From NCBI GenBank assembly GCA_049860595.1, contig CP187551.1: a stretch of 64,000 nucleotides of DNA. The stretch is one strand, 5' to 3'. Source of the DNA: Methanocaldococcus sp. 16A (GTDB lineage: Archaea; AGJL01; Methanococci; Methanococcales; Methanocaldococcaceae). The translations under genes and the position numbers were made by a program. Of the stretch, positions 55,190 through 64,000 are shown in pieces; position 1 is the first letter of the stretch; every line of letters starts with the position of its first letter. Below the pieces are notes generated by a model that did not search any database, was not told where the DNA came from, and saw only the letters and a program-made list of their open reading frames with translations.

Positions 55190-56644
55190 ATGGAAAGTAT
55201 TGAGAAAGTTATGGTTTTTGGTTCTGGGCCGATAGTTATTGGACAGGCAGCAGAGTTCGATTTTTCAGGTTCTCAGGCGTGTAAGGCTTTGAAGGAAGAA
55301 GGAATTTATACTATTTTAGTAAATTCAAACCCGGCAACTATCCAAACAGATACAGACATGGCAGATAAGGTTTATTTAGAGCCATTACATCCAAAAATTG
55401 TTGAAAAGATTATTGAGAAAGAAAGACCAGATGCTATTTTACCAACTATGGGAGGTCAAACTGGACTTAACTTAGCTTTAGAGTTACATAGAAGAGGGAT
55501 TTTAGACAAATATGGAATAAAACTTCTTGGTTCAAATATAAGGACAATTGAAATAGCAGAGGATAGAGAGCTTTTTGCTAAGGCAATGGCTGAAATTAAT
55601 GAGCCAGTTACAAAGTGTAAAGCAGTTAATTCTGTTGATGAAGCTCTTGAGTTTGCTGAAGAGATTGGCTACCCAGTTATTGTAAGACCTGCATTTACAT
55701 TAGGAGGAACAGGAGGAGGAATAGCACACAACAAAGAAGAATTAATAGATATTGCTTCAAAAGGTTTAAAATATTCAATAATTAATCAAGTTTTAATTGA
55801 TGAGAGTGTTTTAGGATGGAAAGAATTTGAGTTAGAGGTTATGAGGGACAGAAAAGATACATGTATAATTGTCTGTGGTATGGAGAACATAGACCCTATG
55901 GGAATACACACTGGAGAGAGTATTGTTGTTTCTCCAATACAAACATTACCAGATGAGTTTTACCAAAAGCTAAGAAATGCGGCTATAAAGATTATAAGAC
56001 ATTTAGGAATTGAGGGAGGATGTAATATACAATTTGCAGTAAATAAGGAAATGACTGAGTATAGAGTTATTGAAGTTAATCCAAGAGTTTCAAGAAGTTC
56101 AGCTTTAGCAAGTAAAGCTACTGGTTACCCAATAGCAAGGATTGCTGCAAAAATAGCTATAGGAAAAACATTAGATGAAATTTTAAATGATGTTACAAAA
56201 GAGACACCAGCAAGCTTTGAGCCAACTTTAGACTATGTTGTTGTAAAAATCCCAAGATGGCCGTTTGATAAGTTCAAGACAGTAGATAAGAGATTAGGAA
56301 CAAGTATGAAATCTACTGGGGAAGTAATGGCAATTGGTAGAAGCTTTGAAGAAGCTCTGCAGAAAGCAATTAGAAGTTTAGACATTGGTAGATTAGGTTT
56401 AATTGGTGATGGGAAGGATAAGGACTATAGTGATGAAGAAATTGAAAACATATTGAAAAATCCAACTGATGAGAGGATTTTTGTTATAGCTAAGGCATTA
56501 GAGAAAGGATGGAGTGTTGAAAAAATCTGCGAATTAACAAATATTGATGAGTTCTTCATTAAGAAGATTAAAAATATTGTTGATATGAAAAAAGAGTTAG
56601 AAAAACTTAAAGAAGAAATTAAGGAATTAAATTTAAGTAGTTAA
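55190..56644 (+). CDS. carB: Carbamoyl-phosphate synthase large chain, N-terminal half
   Basis: [49 protein letters not shown]. Ends in the oligomerisation domain. Confidence 0.96.
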   Translation: MESIEKVMVFGSGPIVIGQAAEFDFSGSQACKALKEEGIYTILVNSNPATIQTDTDMADKVYLEPLHPKIVEKIIEKERPDAILPTMGGQTGLNLALELHRRGILDKYGIKLLGSNIRTIEIAEDRELFAKAMAEINEPVTKCKAVNSVDEALEFAEEIGYPVIVRPAFTLGGTGGGIAHNKEELIDIASKGLKYSIINQVLIDESVLGWKEFELEVMRDRKDTCIIVCGMENIDPMGIHTGESIVVSPIQTLPDEFYQKLRNAAIKIIRHLGIEGGCNIQFAVNKEMTEYRVIEVNPRVSRSSALASKATGYPIARIAAKIAIGKTLDEILNDVTKETPASFEPTLDYVVVKIPRWPFDKFKTVDKRLGTSMKSTGEVMAIGRSFEEALQKAIRSLDIGRLGLIGDGKDKDYSDEEIENILKNPTDERIFVIAKALEKGWSVEKICELTNIDEFFIKKIKNIVDMKKELEKLKEEIKELNLSS

Positions 56645-56666
56645 AATAATTATTAGGTGAAAAACT

Positions 56667-58523
56667 ATGGATATGGAAAAATTAAAGGAAATTTTATTAA
56701 AAGCAAAAAAAATGGGTTTTTCTGATAAACAAATAGCTAATTTATTTGGAATGGATGAGATGGAAGTTAGAGAATTAAGAAAGAAGCTCAACATCATCCC
56801 ACTATATAAAATGGTAGATACCTGTGCTGCAGAGTTTGAGGCAAAAACACCTTATTATTATTCAGCCTATGAAAATTATGTCTATAAGGAGCAGGATGAA
56901 AGCAACCCATCAGACAGAAAGAAAGTAATTATATTAGGTTCTGGACCAATAAGGATTGGACAAGGTATAGAATTTGATTACTCAAGTGTTCATGCAGTCT
57001 TAGCTTTAAAGGAGATGGGTTATGAGGCAATAATTATAAATAACAACCCAGAGACAGTTTCAACTGACTATGATACCTCAGACAAGCTGTATTTTGAACC
57101 AATAACATTTGAAGATGTTTTAAATATAGTTGAAAGAGAGAAGGAGAAAGGAGAGTTTTTAGGAGTTATAGTCCAATTTGGAGGACAAACAGCAATAAAC
57201 TTAGCTATGAAGTTAAAAAAAGCAGGTGTTAATATATTAGGGACTTCTCCAGAAAATATAAACGTTGCTGAAGATAGGGAAGAGTTCTCTAAATTATTAA
57301 AGAAGTTAAATATTCCTCAAGCTGAAGGAGGAACAGCTTTTACAAAAGAAGAGGCTTTAGAAATAGCTAAAAGAATTGGATATCCTGTTTTAGTCAGACC
57401 TTCCTATGTTTTAGGAGGAAGGGCGATGCAAATTGTCTATAGTGAAGATGAATTAATTGAATATATGGAAGAAGCTGTTAGAGTTTCAGAAGAGCATCCA
57501 GTTTTGATAGATAAATTTTTAGAAGATGCCGTTGAGTTAGATGTTGATGCAGTATGTGATGGAGAGAGTGTTTTAATTGGAGCAATAATGGAACATATTG
57601 AAGAGGCAGGAGTGCATAGTGGAGATTCAGCAACAGTAATTCCTCCTCAGACACTACCTAAAGAGATAATTGATACTGTCATTGATTATACTGCAAAGTT
57701 AGCAAGGGAGTTAAATATAGTAGGATTATTAAATGTGCAGTATGCAGTTAAGGATGGAGTTGTTTATGTTTTGGAAGCAAACCCAAGAGCTTCAAGGACT
57801 GTTCCTTATGTAAGTAAATCAGTTGGAATCCCATTAGCTAAGTTAGCTACAAAGGTTATGCTTGGTAAAAAGTTGGAGGAGTTAATTAAAGATTATGATG
57901 TTGATGAAGTAGCTAAAAAAGTTTGGATTGCTAAACCAAAGTATGTATCAATTAAAGAGGCAGTGTTCCCATTCCAAAAATTGCCTGGAGTAGACCCTGT
58001 TTTAGGTCCAGAAATGAAATCTACTGGAGAGGCTATTGGAATTGATAAAGACTTTGGTAGGGCATATTATAAAGCCCAATTATCTGCAAATATGGAATTG
58101 CCAATTGTTGGGAATGTGTTTATAAGTGTTAGGGATAGAGATAAAAAGCATATTGTAGAAGTGGCTAAAAAATTACATGAGCTTGGATTTACAATATATG
58201 CAACAGAAGGTACTGCAAAAGTGTTGAGAGAAAATGGCATTCCAGCAATACTTGTTAAGAAGATATCTGAAAGCCCAAATGATAACATCTTAAAGTTAAT
58301 GAGAGATGGAAAGATACATTTAATAATAAACACATCTTCAGGAAAAAAGGCAAAGTCAGATGGGTATTATATAAGAAGAGCAGCAGTAGATTTGGGTATT
58401 CCATACATTACAACAATTCCAGGAGCTAAAGCGGCAGTTAAAGCAATAGAAGCTGTAAAAAAAGGAGAGCTAAATGTATATTCCTTAGATGAGCTTGATG
58501 CAAGTATAAAAAATAGGTTTTAA
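56667..58523 (+). CDS. carB: Carbamoyl-phosphate synthase large chain, C-terminal half
   Basis: [46 protein letters not shown] domain. Own GGTGA RBS. Confidence 0.96.
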   Translation: MDMEKLKEILLKAKKMGFSDKQIANLFGMDEMEVRELRKKLNIIPLYKMVDTCAAEFEAKTPYYYSAYENYVYKEQDESNPSDRKKVIILGSGPIRIGQGIEFDYSSVHAVLALKEMGYEAIIINNNPETVSTDYDTSDKLYFEPITFEDVLNIVEREKEKGEFLGVIVQFGGQTAINLAMKLKKAGVNILGTSPENINVAEDREEFSKLLKKLNIPQAEGGTAFTKEEALEIAKRIGYPVLVRPSYVLGGRAMQIVYSEDELIEYMEEAVRVSEEHPVLIDKFLEDAVELDVDAVCDGESVLIGAIMEHIEEAGVHSGDSATVIPPQTLPKEIIDTVIDYTAKLARELNIVGLLNVQYAVKDGVVYVLEANPRASRTVPYVSKSVGIPLAKLATKVMLGKKLEELIKDYDVDEVAKKVWIAKPKYVSIKEAVFPFQKLPGVDPVLGPEMKSTGEAIGIDKDFGRAYYKAQLSANMELPIVGNVFISVRDRDKKHIVEVAKKLHELGFTIYATEGTAKVLRENGIPAILVKKISESPNDNILKLMRDGKIHLIINTSSGKKAKSDGYYIRRAAVDLGIPYITTIPGAKAAVKAIEAVKKGELNVYSLDELDASIKNRF

Positions 58524-58966
58524 GCTTTAGATTCAACAATTAATTTATAATCTTCTTCAGGAATTTCTCTCATAGCTTTTCCCATTAAATGACCGCTCCA
58601 TTTCTTTTTATTGGTGATAAATTTAAGTTTTGGAATTAAATCTTTAAAGTTAATTGGTGGTTCAAAAACTTTAATTTCTTTTAATTTAACTCTATATGGA
58701 AACTTCTCATTAGGATTTTTTGGTGTAGGTTTGAATATTTTTGTAGAATCCTTATAAACTTCAGTAATAACTTCATAAACGCCTCTAATGTATGGAGGTT
58801 TATAATCCTTTCCACTTCTCTGAATTTCATAAATAATTAATTTCATACAATAATTAGTTTGTCTCCAACTTTAACTTTATTTATTGTATTCTTATGTCTC
58901 TCTGCAATGCCCCAAATCTTTTTATCTTTTCAGTTATCTTCAGTTATTACAAAGCCAGTATGCCAT
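58520..58966 (-). pseudogene. EVE-domain (UPF0310) pseudogene with a frameshifted 5' end
   Basis: GGAG RBS + ATG 58966 gives MAYWLC then a frameshift and stop. Fragments [19 protein letters not shown] follow, then an intact 108-aa C-terminus ([20 protein letters not shown]). Confidence 0.85.
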
Positions 58967-59013
58967 ATTATCTCCCACTTTAGTTTCCCTACACATTAGT
59001 GTTAGAATGAATA

Positions 59014-59708
59014 GAGGTTGTCAAGATAAGGAAAGGATGTAGTTATAGAAAGAGAGGAAAGACTTAAGCCAGCTAATAACGGTTGAGAATTTAGAATTAT
59101 TTGAGAATCGGTTATAGAAAGATTTAGTTCTTCGTTTGAGTAGGGAGAAGAAACTTTCGACACAATTTCTTAAACCGAATCGAACTCTTTCGAATTTTAA
59201 GCCTAATCTCTGTAGTGCCCACGGGTACCATTTACCACCATCGACTAAAATCTTTGGTTTATTCGAGCAAAATTTTAATATATTTTTTACGAATAAGATT
59301 GTATTGAGGTAGCATCTTGTTTTAGAGACATAGATACCTAAACATTCTTTAGAATCCACATCGATAGCAGACCATACATAAATAGTTTCATTTCCAAGCT
59401 TTAGTTTAGTTTCATCGATTGCTATTAGGTTTCTTGTCTTTCTTTCAGGCTCGTTTAGAATCTTCTTAATCTTGTGGTAATATATTCTAACCGATTCATG
59501 GCTTATGCTCTCAAACTGTGAAAGAAACAAACTAACCTTTCTTAACGATAATCCCAGATAATACAAAATTCCTGCTAAAATTTTAATCTCTATCGACTTC
59601 TTATTCCTTTTAACTATCTTCTCAATCCTTTCCTTTAACATTTCTATCGTAAGTTTCATATCTTTCTTTATTTATACATATTTATTTAATCTTTATCTTG
59701 ACAACCTC
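59014..59708 (-). mobile_element. IS6-family insertion sequence, 695 bp (ISMja1-like)
   Basis: Perfect 16-bp TIR GAGGTTGTCAAGATAA. 8-bp TSD AATGAATA at 59006-59013 and 59709-59716. Confidence 0.95.
59021..59659 (-). CDS. IS6-family DDE transposase
   Basis: [45 protein letters not shown]. Stop codon lies inside the TIR. Confidence 0.93.
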   Translation of the reverse strand: MKLTIEMLKERIEKIVKRNKKSIEIKILAGILYYLGLSLRKVSLFLSQFESISHESVRIYYHKIKKILNEPERKTRNLIAIDETKLKLGNETIYVWSAIDVDSKECLGIYVSKTRCYLNTILFVKNILKFCSNKPKILVDGGKWYPWALQRLGLKFERVRFGLRNCVESFFSLLKRRTKSFYNRFSNNSKFSTVISWLKSFLSFYNYILSLS

Positions 59709-59740
59709 AATGAATAAAATAAAAAATAAAAAAAATTTAT

Positions 59741-60511
59741 TTATTCTATATTTAACTTAAACAACTCTATAGCATTTTTATGAGATACTTTATTAATAAT
59801 CTCTTTCTCAATACCATTAATCTTCATTTTTAAAACAGTTCTTGGAACAGCTAAGACATCAGATGCATTTGAAGAGCTATCACTATTTAATAAAATCTTA
59901 TCAGCAAAATCTTTATTTTCTTTAACTATCTCAACAGCTTCTAATGGTGTTAATTTTCCTGGCTGAACTGTTAATCCTATATAAAACCCTTCATCTAAAA
60001 CCCATTTTGCAGTTTCTTTATTGCAGTGTTCAATGACAATATCTCTATTTTTTAAATTTAGTGTAGAAATTTCATCTAATATAGTTTTAGTTACTTCTTC
60101 TTTATTTCTTCTTGGAGTATGAACTACAGCAGGCATATTTAATTCCTCAGCTAACATCAACTGCTTTATAAAAACTTCTTTCTCTTCCTTTGTAGCTTTT
60201 TCTAAACCAATCTCCCCAATACCCACAACTTTATCATAGTTTATATAGCTCTTTATCTTTTCTATAGCTTCATCAATCTCTGGAGGAATAGCCCTTGGAT
60301 GCATTCCAACACATACAAATAAATTTAACCCTACCTTTTTAGCCCTCTCCAACTCATTGATTAAGAGTTTTTCAACATGTGCCTCCCAAACTTTAATATT
60401 TTTCATCTCAAATGGGTCATGGGCTAATGTAATAACAGCATCTAAGCACATTGCCATTAGCTCTAAATCCTCTAATCCCCTTGTATCTGAATGGATGTGA
60501 GTATCTATCAT
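59741..60511 (-). CDS. TatD-family metal-dependent hydrolase
   Basis: IDTHIH, GMHP, IGEIGL, VHTP, IEHC, LNSD. Confidence 0.9.
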   Translation of the reverse strand: MIDTHIHSDTRGLEDLELMAMCLDAVITLAHDPFEMKNIKVWEAHVEKLLINELERAKKVGLNLFVCVGMHPRAIPPEIDEAIEKIKSYINYDKVVGIGEIGLEKATKEEKEVFIKQLMLAEELNMPAVVHTPRRNKEEVTKTILDEISTLNLKNRDIVIEHCNKETAKWVLDEGFYIGLTVQPGKLTPLEAVEIVKENKDFADKILLNSDSSSNASDVLAVPRTVLKMKINGIEKEIINKVSHKNAIELFKLNIE

Positions 60512-60577
60512 CTCCCCCACCTCAATTAATTAAACTAAATTAATTTAATATACAATGATACCAATGATATAATTATA

Positions 60578-61162
60578 TTAATCTATCTTTCTACCTACGG
60601 GCATTAATAATAAAGGATGCTCATCTATCTTTAAAATTTCTTTTATTTCATTATCATAAAATGCCCCAACAGCCACAGTTCCCAATCCCAAAGATGTAGC
60701 CATTAAATAAATATTCTGAGAGACACATCCAACTTCCATATAGACATATCTAAAGCCCCTATCCCCATAAACCCTTGTAGTTCTTTCATAATCAGCAGCT
60801 ATAATTAAAACTATTGGAGCTACAGCAATAAACATCTGCTTTAATGCCGCTAATGCTAATTCATAACCTACTTCTTCATCTAAAACTCTAACAATTGAAT
60901 GCCTCTCAGGAATGTATTTATAAACCCCTTCCTCTAAACCAACAACATCCTTCACATTAACATAAATCTCTAATGGATAAGTTGCTCCAGCAGAGGGAAC
61001 AGTTTTAAAGCCATCTTCATTAGTTACTCCATAAGCGGCAAATAAAATATGAGATAGCTCCCTTAAAGTTAAAGGAGAAGAGCTATACTCCCTTACTGAC
61101 CTCCTCTTTAATAAAACATCTTCTAACTTTATTTCCTCTATATCAGGTAGTTGGATTTCCAT
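60578..61162 (-). CDS. SagB/ThcOx-type nitroreductase-family protein
   Basis: RRSVREYS, TVPSAGATYPLEIY, EVGCVSQN, LGTVAVGAF. Confidence 0.9.
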   Translation of the reverse strand: MEIQLPDIEEIKLEDVLLKRRSVREYSSSPLTLRELSHILFAAYGVTNEDGFKTVPSAGATYPLEIYVNVKDVVGLEEGVYKYIPERHSIVRVLDEEVGYELALAALKQMFIAVAPIVLIIAADYERTTRVYGDRGFRYVYMEVGCVSQNIYLMATSLGLGTVAVGAFYDNEIKEILKIDEHPLLLMPVGRKID

Positions 61163-61193
61163 GGATATCACTCCATTTATAATTTAATATTAT

Positions 61194-61730
61194 TTAATTT
61201 TGTTTTTCTCTTATAACTACTTTTCCATGATTTGATGGAACTATTTTTATCTTTGCATTTTCAAACTCTCTATAGAGAGTTTTACCTTCAAACAACCTAT
61301 CTAAAAAAATTGCTAAAGCTGCAACCTCAGAATGTGGCTGATTTCCAACAGAAATGTTATAATCTGCCAATTCATAAACTTCCTTTGGCACTTTTTCAGC
61401 TCCAACAATAACCAATATATCTTTCTCTCCACTCAATTCTCTAATTTCTGGCATTATCTCATTAATATTAGCCCCATACATTGTTAAATGAACTACAATC
61501 CCTCTTTTTTTAAATTCTCTAATGTATTTTTTCCAATGTTTCTCAACAACAAACTTAAAATTACCTCCCCAACTTTCCACAACTTTTTTAACACTATTTT
61601 CAACGTGTTCATCTTCAGTAGTAAATATTATTTTTTCAGCTCCTAATGCCCTTGCTGTTAAAGCAACGTGTGTTGATATCCTCTTATCTCTATCTCCTCT
61701 ATGTCCTAATCTCAAAACTTCAACAACCAT
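61194..61730 (-). CDS. trm56: tRNA (cytidine(56)-2'-O)-methyltransferase
   Basis: [45 protein letters not shown]. Confidence 0.96.
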   Translation of the reverse strand: MVVEVLRLGHRGDRDKRISTHVALTARALGAEKIIFTTEDEHVENSVKKVVESWGGNFKFVVEKHWKKYIREFKKRGIVVHLTMYGANINEIMPEIRELSGEKDILVIVGAEKVPKEVYELADYNISVGNQPHSEVAALAIFLDRLFEGKTLYREFENAKIKIVPSNHGKVVIREKQN

Positions 61731-61774
61731 AATATCCCTATTTTTAAATTTTAAATATAAAAAATTTTAAAGAT

Positions 61775-62905
61775 TTAATTTTTTAAAATAAAATAGTACA
61801 GCTCTTTCAATGGAATTTTATATTTTTTAGCTATCTTTTTTAAATCTTCAAATTCTGGTTTTTTAGATATTATTTCATCATCTATTTTCCCAATTTTTAT
61901 TTTAACAGGCTCATTAAGCAATTTTATAGTTTCAAATTCTCTATCTGCAGTTATTCTCCCTATATTATAAATTCTAATCCCCAAAGTCCCTGTTTCTCTC
62001 ATTATAATCTTAGCTACCTCTTTAACTTTATCTCTTTTAACGATTGCCCTTATTGTATATGCAGGTCTATTCTTTTTCATATACGTTGGAATAAAATGTA
62101 AATCTCTAACTTTCCCATCTAAAACTTCATATAAATAGCCTAATATCTCTGCTGAAATGTCATCAACATTAGTTTCCAATAAAACAATATCTTCCAATTT
62201 GATATTTTCAATTTTAAACACCCTCAACACATTCAATATCTCCAAATCTTTATCTCCCGCTCCATAAGAAACTTCCTTTATTGTAAAACTTCCTTTAATC
62301 AATTTTGGGTTTATATATTTAATAATAGCCGCTCCAGTAGGTGTTGTAAGCTCCTCCTCTATGTTTGAAAAAAATATCTCAAGCCCTTTTAATATCTCAG
62401 CTGTTGCTGGTGCTGGAACTGGTAATAATCCATGCTCTGTCTTTACAAAACCCTCTCCAACATTTATTGGTTTATAATAACAGTTATTTTTTAAATTTAA
62501 TTCATTTATAATATATGCCGCTCCAACAATATCAGTTATTGTATCATAATTCCCAATTTCATGAAAATGAACCTCCTCAATATCTACATTATGAACTTTG
62601 CTCTCTGCCTCAGCCAATATCTTTAAAATTTCTAAAGCAGAGATTTTAATATTTTCTGGAATCTCAGCTTTTTTAATAATTTTTTTAATATCTTTGTAAG
62701 TATTTGCTTTATAATCAACATTATCCTTTGGAATTATATTAACTTTGTTTGCAATTATATGGCATTTTTTAACTTTTTTTATCTCAATATCAACATCAAT
62801 AACTTTTTTAATTGTATTTATAAGCTTTTCTTTATTAACAAAATCAATCATAGCTGCTAAAAACATATCTCCACTAATTCCAGAAAATGGGTCTAATAGA
62901 AACAT
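61775..62905 (-). CDS. larC: Nickel pincer cofactor biosynthesis protein LarC
   Basis: DPFSGISGDM, VHFHEIG, HGLLPVPAPAT, ELTTPTGAAI, ETNVDD, MKKNRP, PEFED. Confidence 0.93.
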   Translation of the reverse strand: MFLLDPFSGISGDMFLAAMIDFVNKEKLINTIKKVIDVDIEIKKVKKCHIIANKVNIIPKDNVDYKANTYKDIKKIIKKAEIPENIKISALEILKILAEAESKVHNVDIEEVHFHEIGNYDTITDIVGAAYIINELNLKNNCYYKPINVGEGFVKTEHGLLPVPAPATAEILKGLEIFFSNIEEELTTPTGAAIIKYINPKLIKGSFTIKEVSYGAGDKDLEILNVLRVFKIENIKLEDIVLLETNVDDISAEILGYLYEVLDGKVRDLHFIPTYMKKNRPAYTIRAIVKRDKVKEVAKIIMRETGTLGIRIYNIGRITADREFETIKLLNEPVKIKIGKIDDEIISKKPEFEDLKKIAKKYKIPLKELYYFILKN

Positions 62906-62932
62906 AAAAAATCCCCTTTTTAATTCTTTAAA

Positions 62933-63030
62933 TAGAACTTTCACAGTTTATATGTTAAATTTAGAACTTTAACACATTTAAGTGTCTATATCCAATAAAA
63001 AATAAAAAATTAATTACTGCAAAAGTCTAA
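62933..63030. mobile_element. Degenerate MJRE-like MITE
   Basis: TAGAACTTTCACAG ... CTGCAAAAGTCTAA, central ACAC/GTGT hairpin. Confidence 0.7.
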
Positions 63031-63045
63031 TTAAAAATAAAAGTT

Positions 63046-64000
63046 TTAGTTTAGATAGTCAGTTCCATAATCTACTTCATATATTTTAAATCCTGGCTGA
63101 ACGCCAAAGTTTGTTGGGTCTATTGTTGCTTTAACCAATTTTATATGCTTCAATCCATAGCCATCTAAGAAGTGCAGTTTAGCATAGATACTATCTTCCA
63201 AGTTTCTTGTTGATAGCCATGCATAACCTCTTCCATCTGCTTCTATTCTAATAAACTCTGATAACTGCCCATCTTTATTTAATACAATTTCTTTAACACC
63301 TAAAGGTGTTTTAATATACAACTTATGTATCTTAAATGTTCCAATAATTCTTGTCTGACCATTTATTTTTTGAACTACTGCTGTTGAAATATTTGTGCTG
63401 TTTATTAATGTAACATAGCTATTTCCATAAACATTTACATTTGCTACTATTGTTCCATTTCCTAAGTAATATGAAGTTCCTTTAAAGAACATTCCCTTAT
63501 CTCTTTTCTCATTTGGTGTGTTCGGAGGTAAAGAGAAGTTCCAGAATCCAAACATACTCCAAACTGGAGCAATATCTGTCATTCTGTTGTAGGTTATTAA
63601 ATAGTCTGGATTTGGATGCTCTGGATGTGTTGCATTTAAAACTAATTTTGCTTCCTTAGGAGTTAAACCATATTTCTTAGTTAATATTTCATAAGCCTTA
63701 CTTCTACTTACTGGAAGAATTTCATTCAATATCTCAACGGTCTTTGAGACATTGTTATGTGTAAAGTTCATTAAGACACTTCCCTTTTTAAATGCCTCAT
63801 CTCCACTTGTCGCCAACATCCTAATTATTCCAATAGATAGGTTTTCATTTGATGTGGCAAAAGCTCTACCTACCCAGTAAGCTCTTGGACTATTTTGAGA
63901 ACCTCCATCAAATGTTACCATTCTTCTTGCTTCATATGTATAGATGTGCCCGTTGTCCCACCAGCAGGTTATAACTGCATTTTTTGGAGCATTTGCCTTT
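63046..64000 (-). CDS. aglB: Oligosaccharyltransferase AglB (STT3), 3' part (gene begins beyond window)
   Basis: Reading frame extends to the window end through TCWWDNGHIY and TFDGGSQN motifs. Confidence 0.93.
   Translation of the reverse strand, partial: KANAPKNAVITCWWDNGHIYTYEARRMVTFDGGSQNSPRAYWVGRAFATSNENLSIGIIRMLATSGDEAFKKGSVLMNFTHNNVSKTVEILNEILPVSRSKAYEILTKKYGLTPKEAKLVLNATHPEHPNPDYLITYNRMTDIAPVWSMFGFWNFSLPPNTPNEKRDKGMFFKGTSYYLGNGTIVANVNVYGNSYVTLINSTNISTAVVQKINGQTRIIGTFKIHKLYIKTPLGVKEIVLNKDGQLSEFIRIEADGRGYAWLSTRNLEDSIYAKLHFLDGYGLKHIKLVKATIDPTNFGVQPGFKIYEVDYGTDYLN

Noticed and set aside
58520-61162. EVE + TatD + SagB-like genes as a defence island or RiPP cluster
   Set aside because: EVE is broken, TatD and the nitroreductase are common stand-alone genes, and no nuclease partner, YcaO or precursor peptide is present.

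Overview
Very AT-rich archaeal chromosome window from a hyperthermophilic methanogen. Protein identities and gene order point to a Methanocaldococcus species close to M. jannaschii. MJ locus numbers are recalled, not searched. It is mostly housekeeping and methanogenesis DNA: the 3' end of MCR II alpha (mrtA), a CooC-like ATPase with an iron-chelate-type ABC transporter, tfrB, Mmp7, aCPSF1/psmB/proS, the MCR activation ATPase atwA (A2), sucD, hxlB, aroB', GGGP synthase, hcgF, secF, cofD, a histone, pyrH, rps6e, aIF2 beta/gamma, nurA, metG, purL, ndk, truD, prs, wtpBC, Mmp12, mtxX, uppS, rlmE, gltX, split carB, trm56, larC and the 3' end of aglB. RNA genes are an intron-containing tRNA-Trp(CCA), tRNA-Val(CAC) and a GC-rich K-turn RNA (HgcC-like) upstream of rps6e. 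Mobile DNA comprises one intact IS6-family element (16-bp TIRs, 8-bp TSD) beside an EVE pseudogene, and about ten short palindromic MITE-like elements of three TIR types. Two of these are nested insertions and one rewrote a protein C-terminus. The most promising leads are (1) a pair of non-canonical PII-fold proteins plus a DUF134 regulator in one operon with atwA, a possible regulatory system for MCR activation, (2) the stand-alone K-turn ncRNA, and (3) the multi-family nested MITE system. No CRISPR array was seen.
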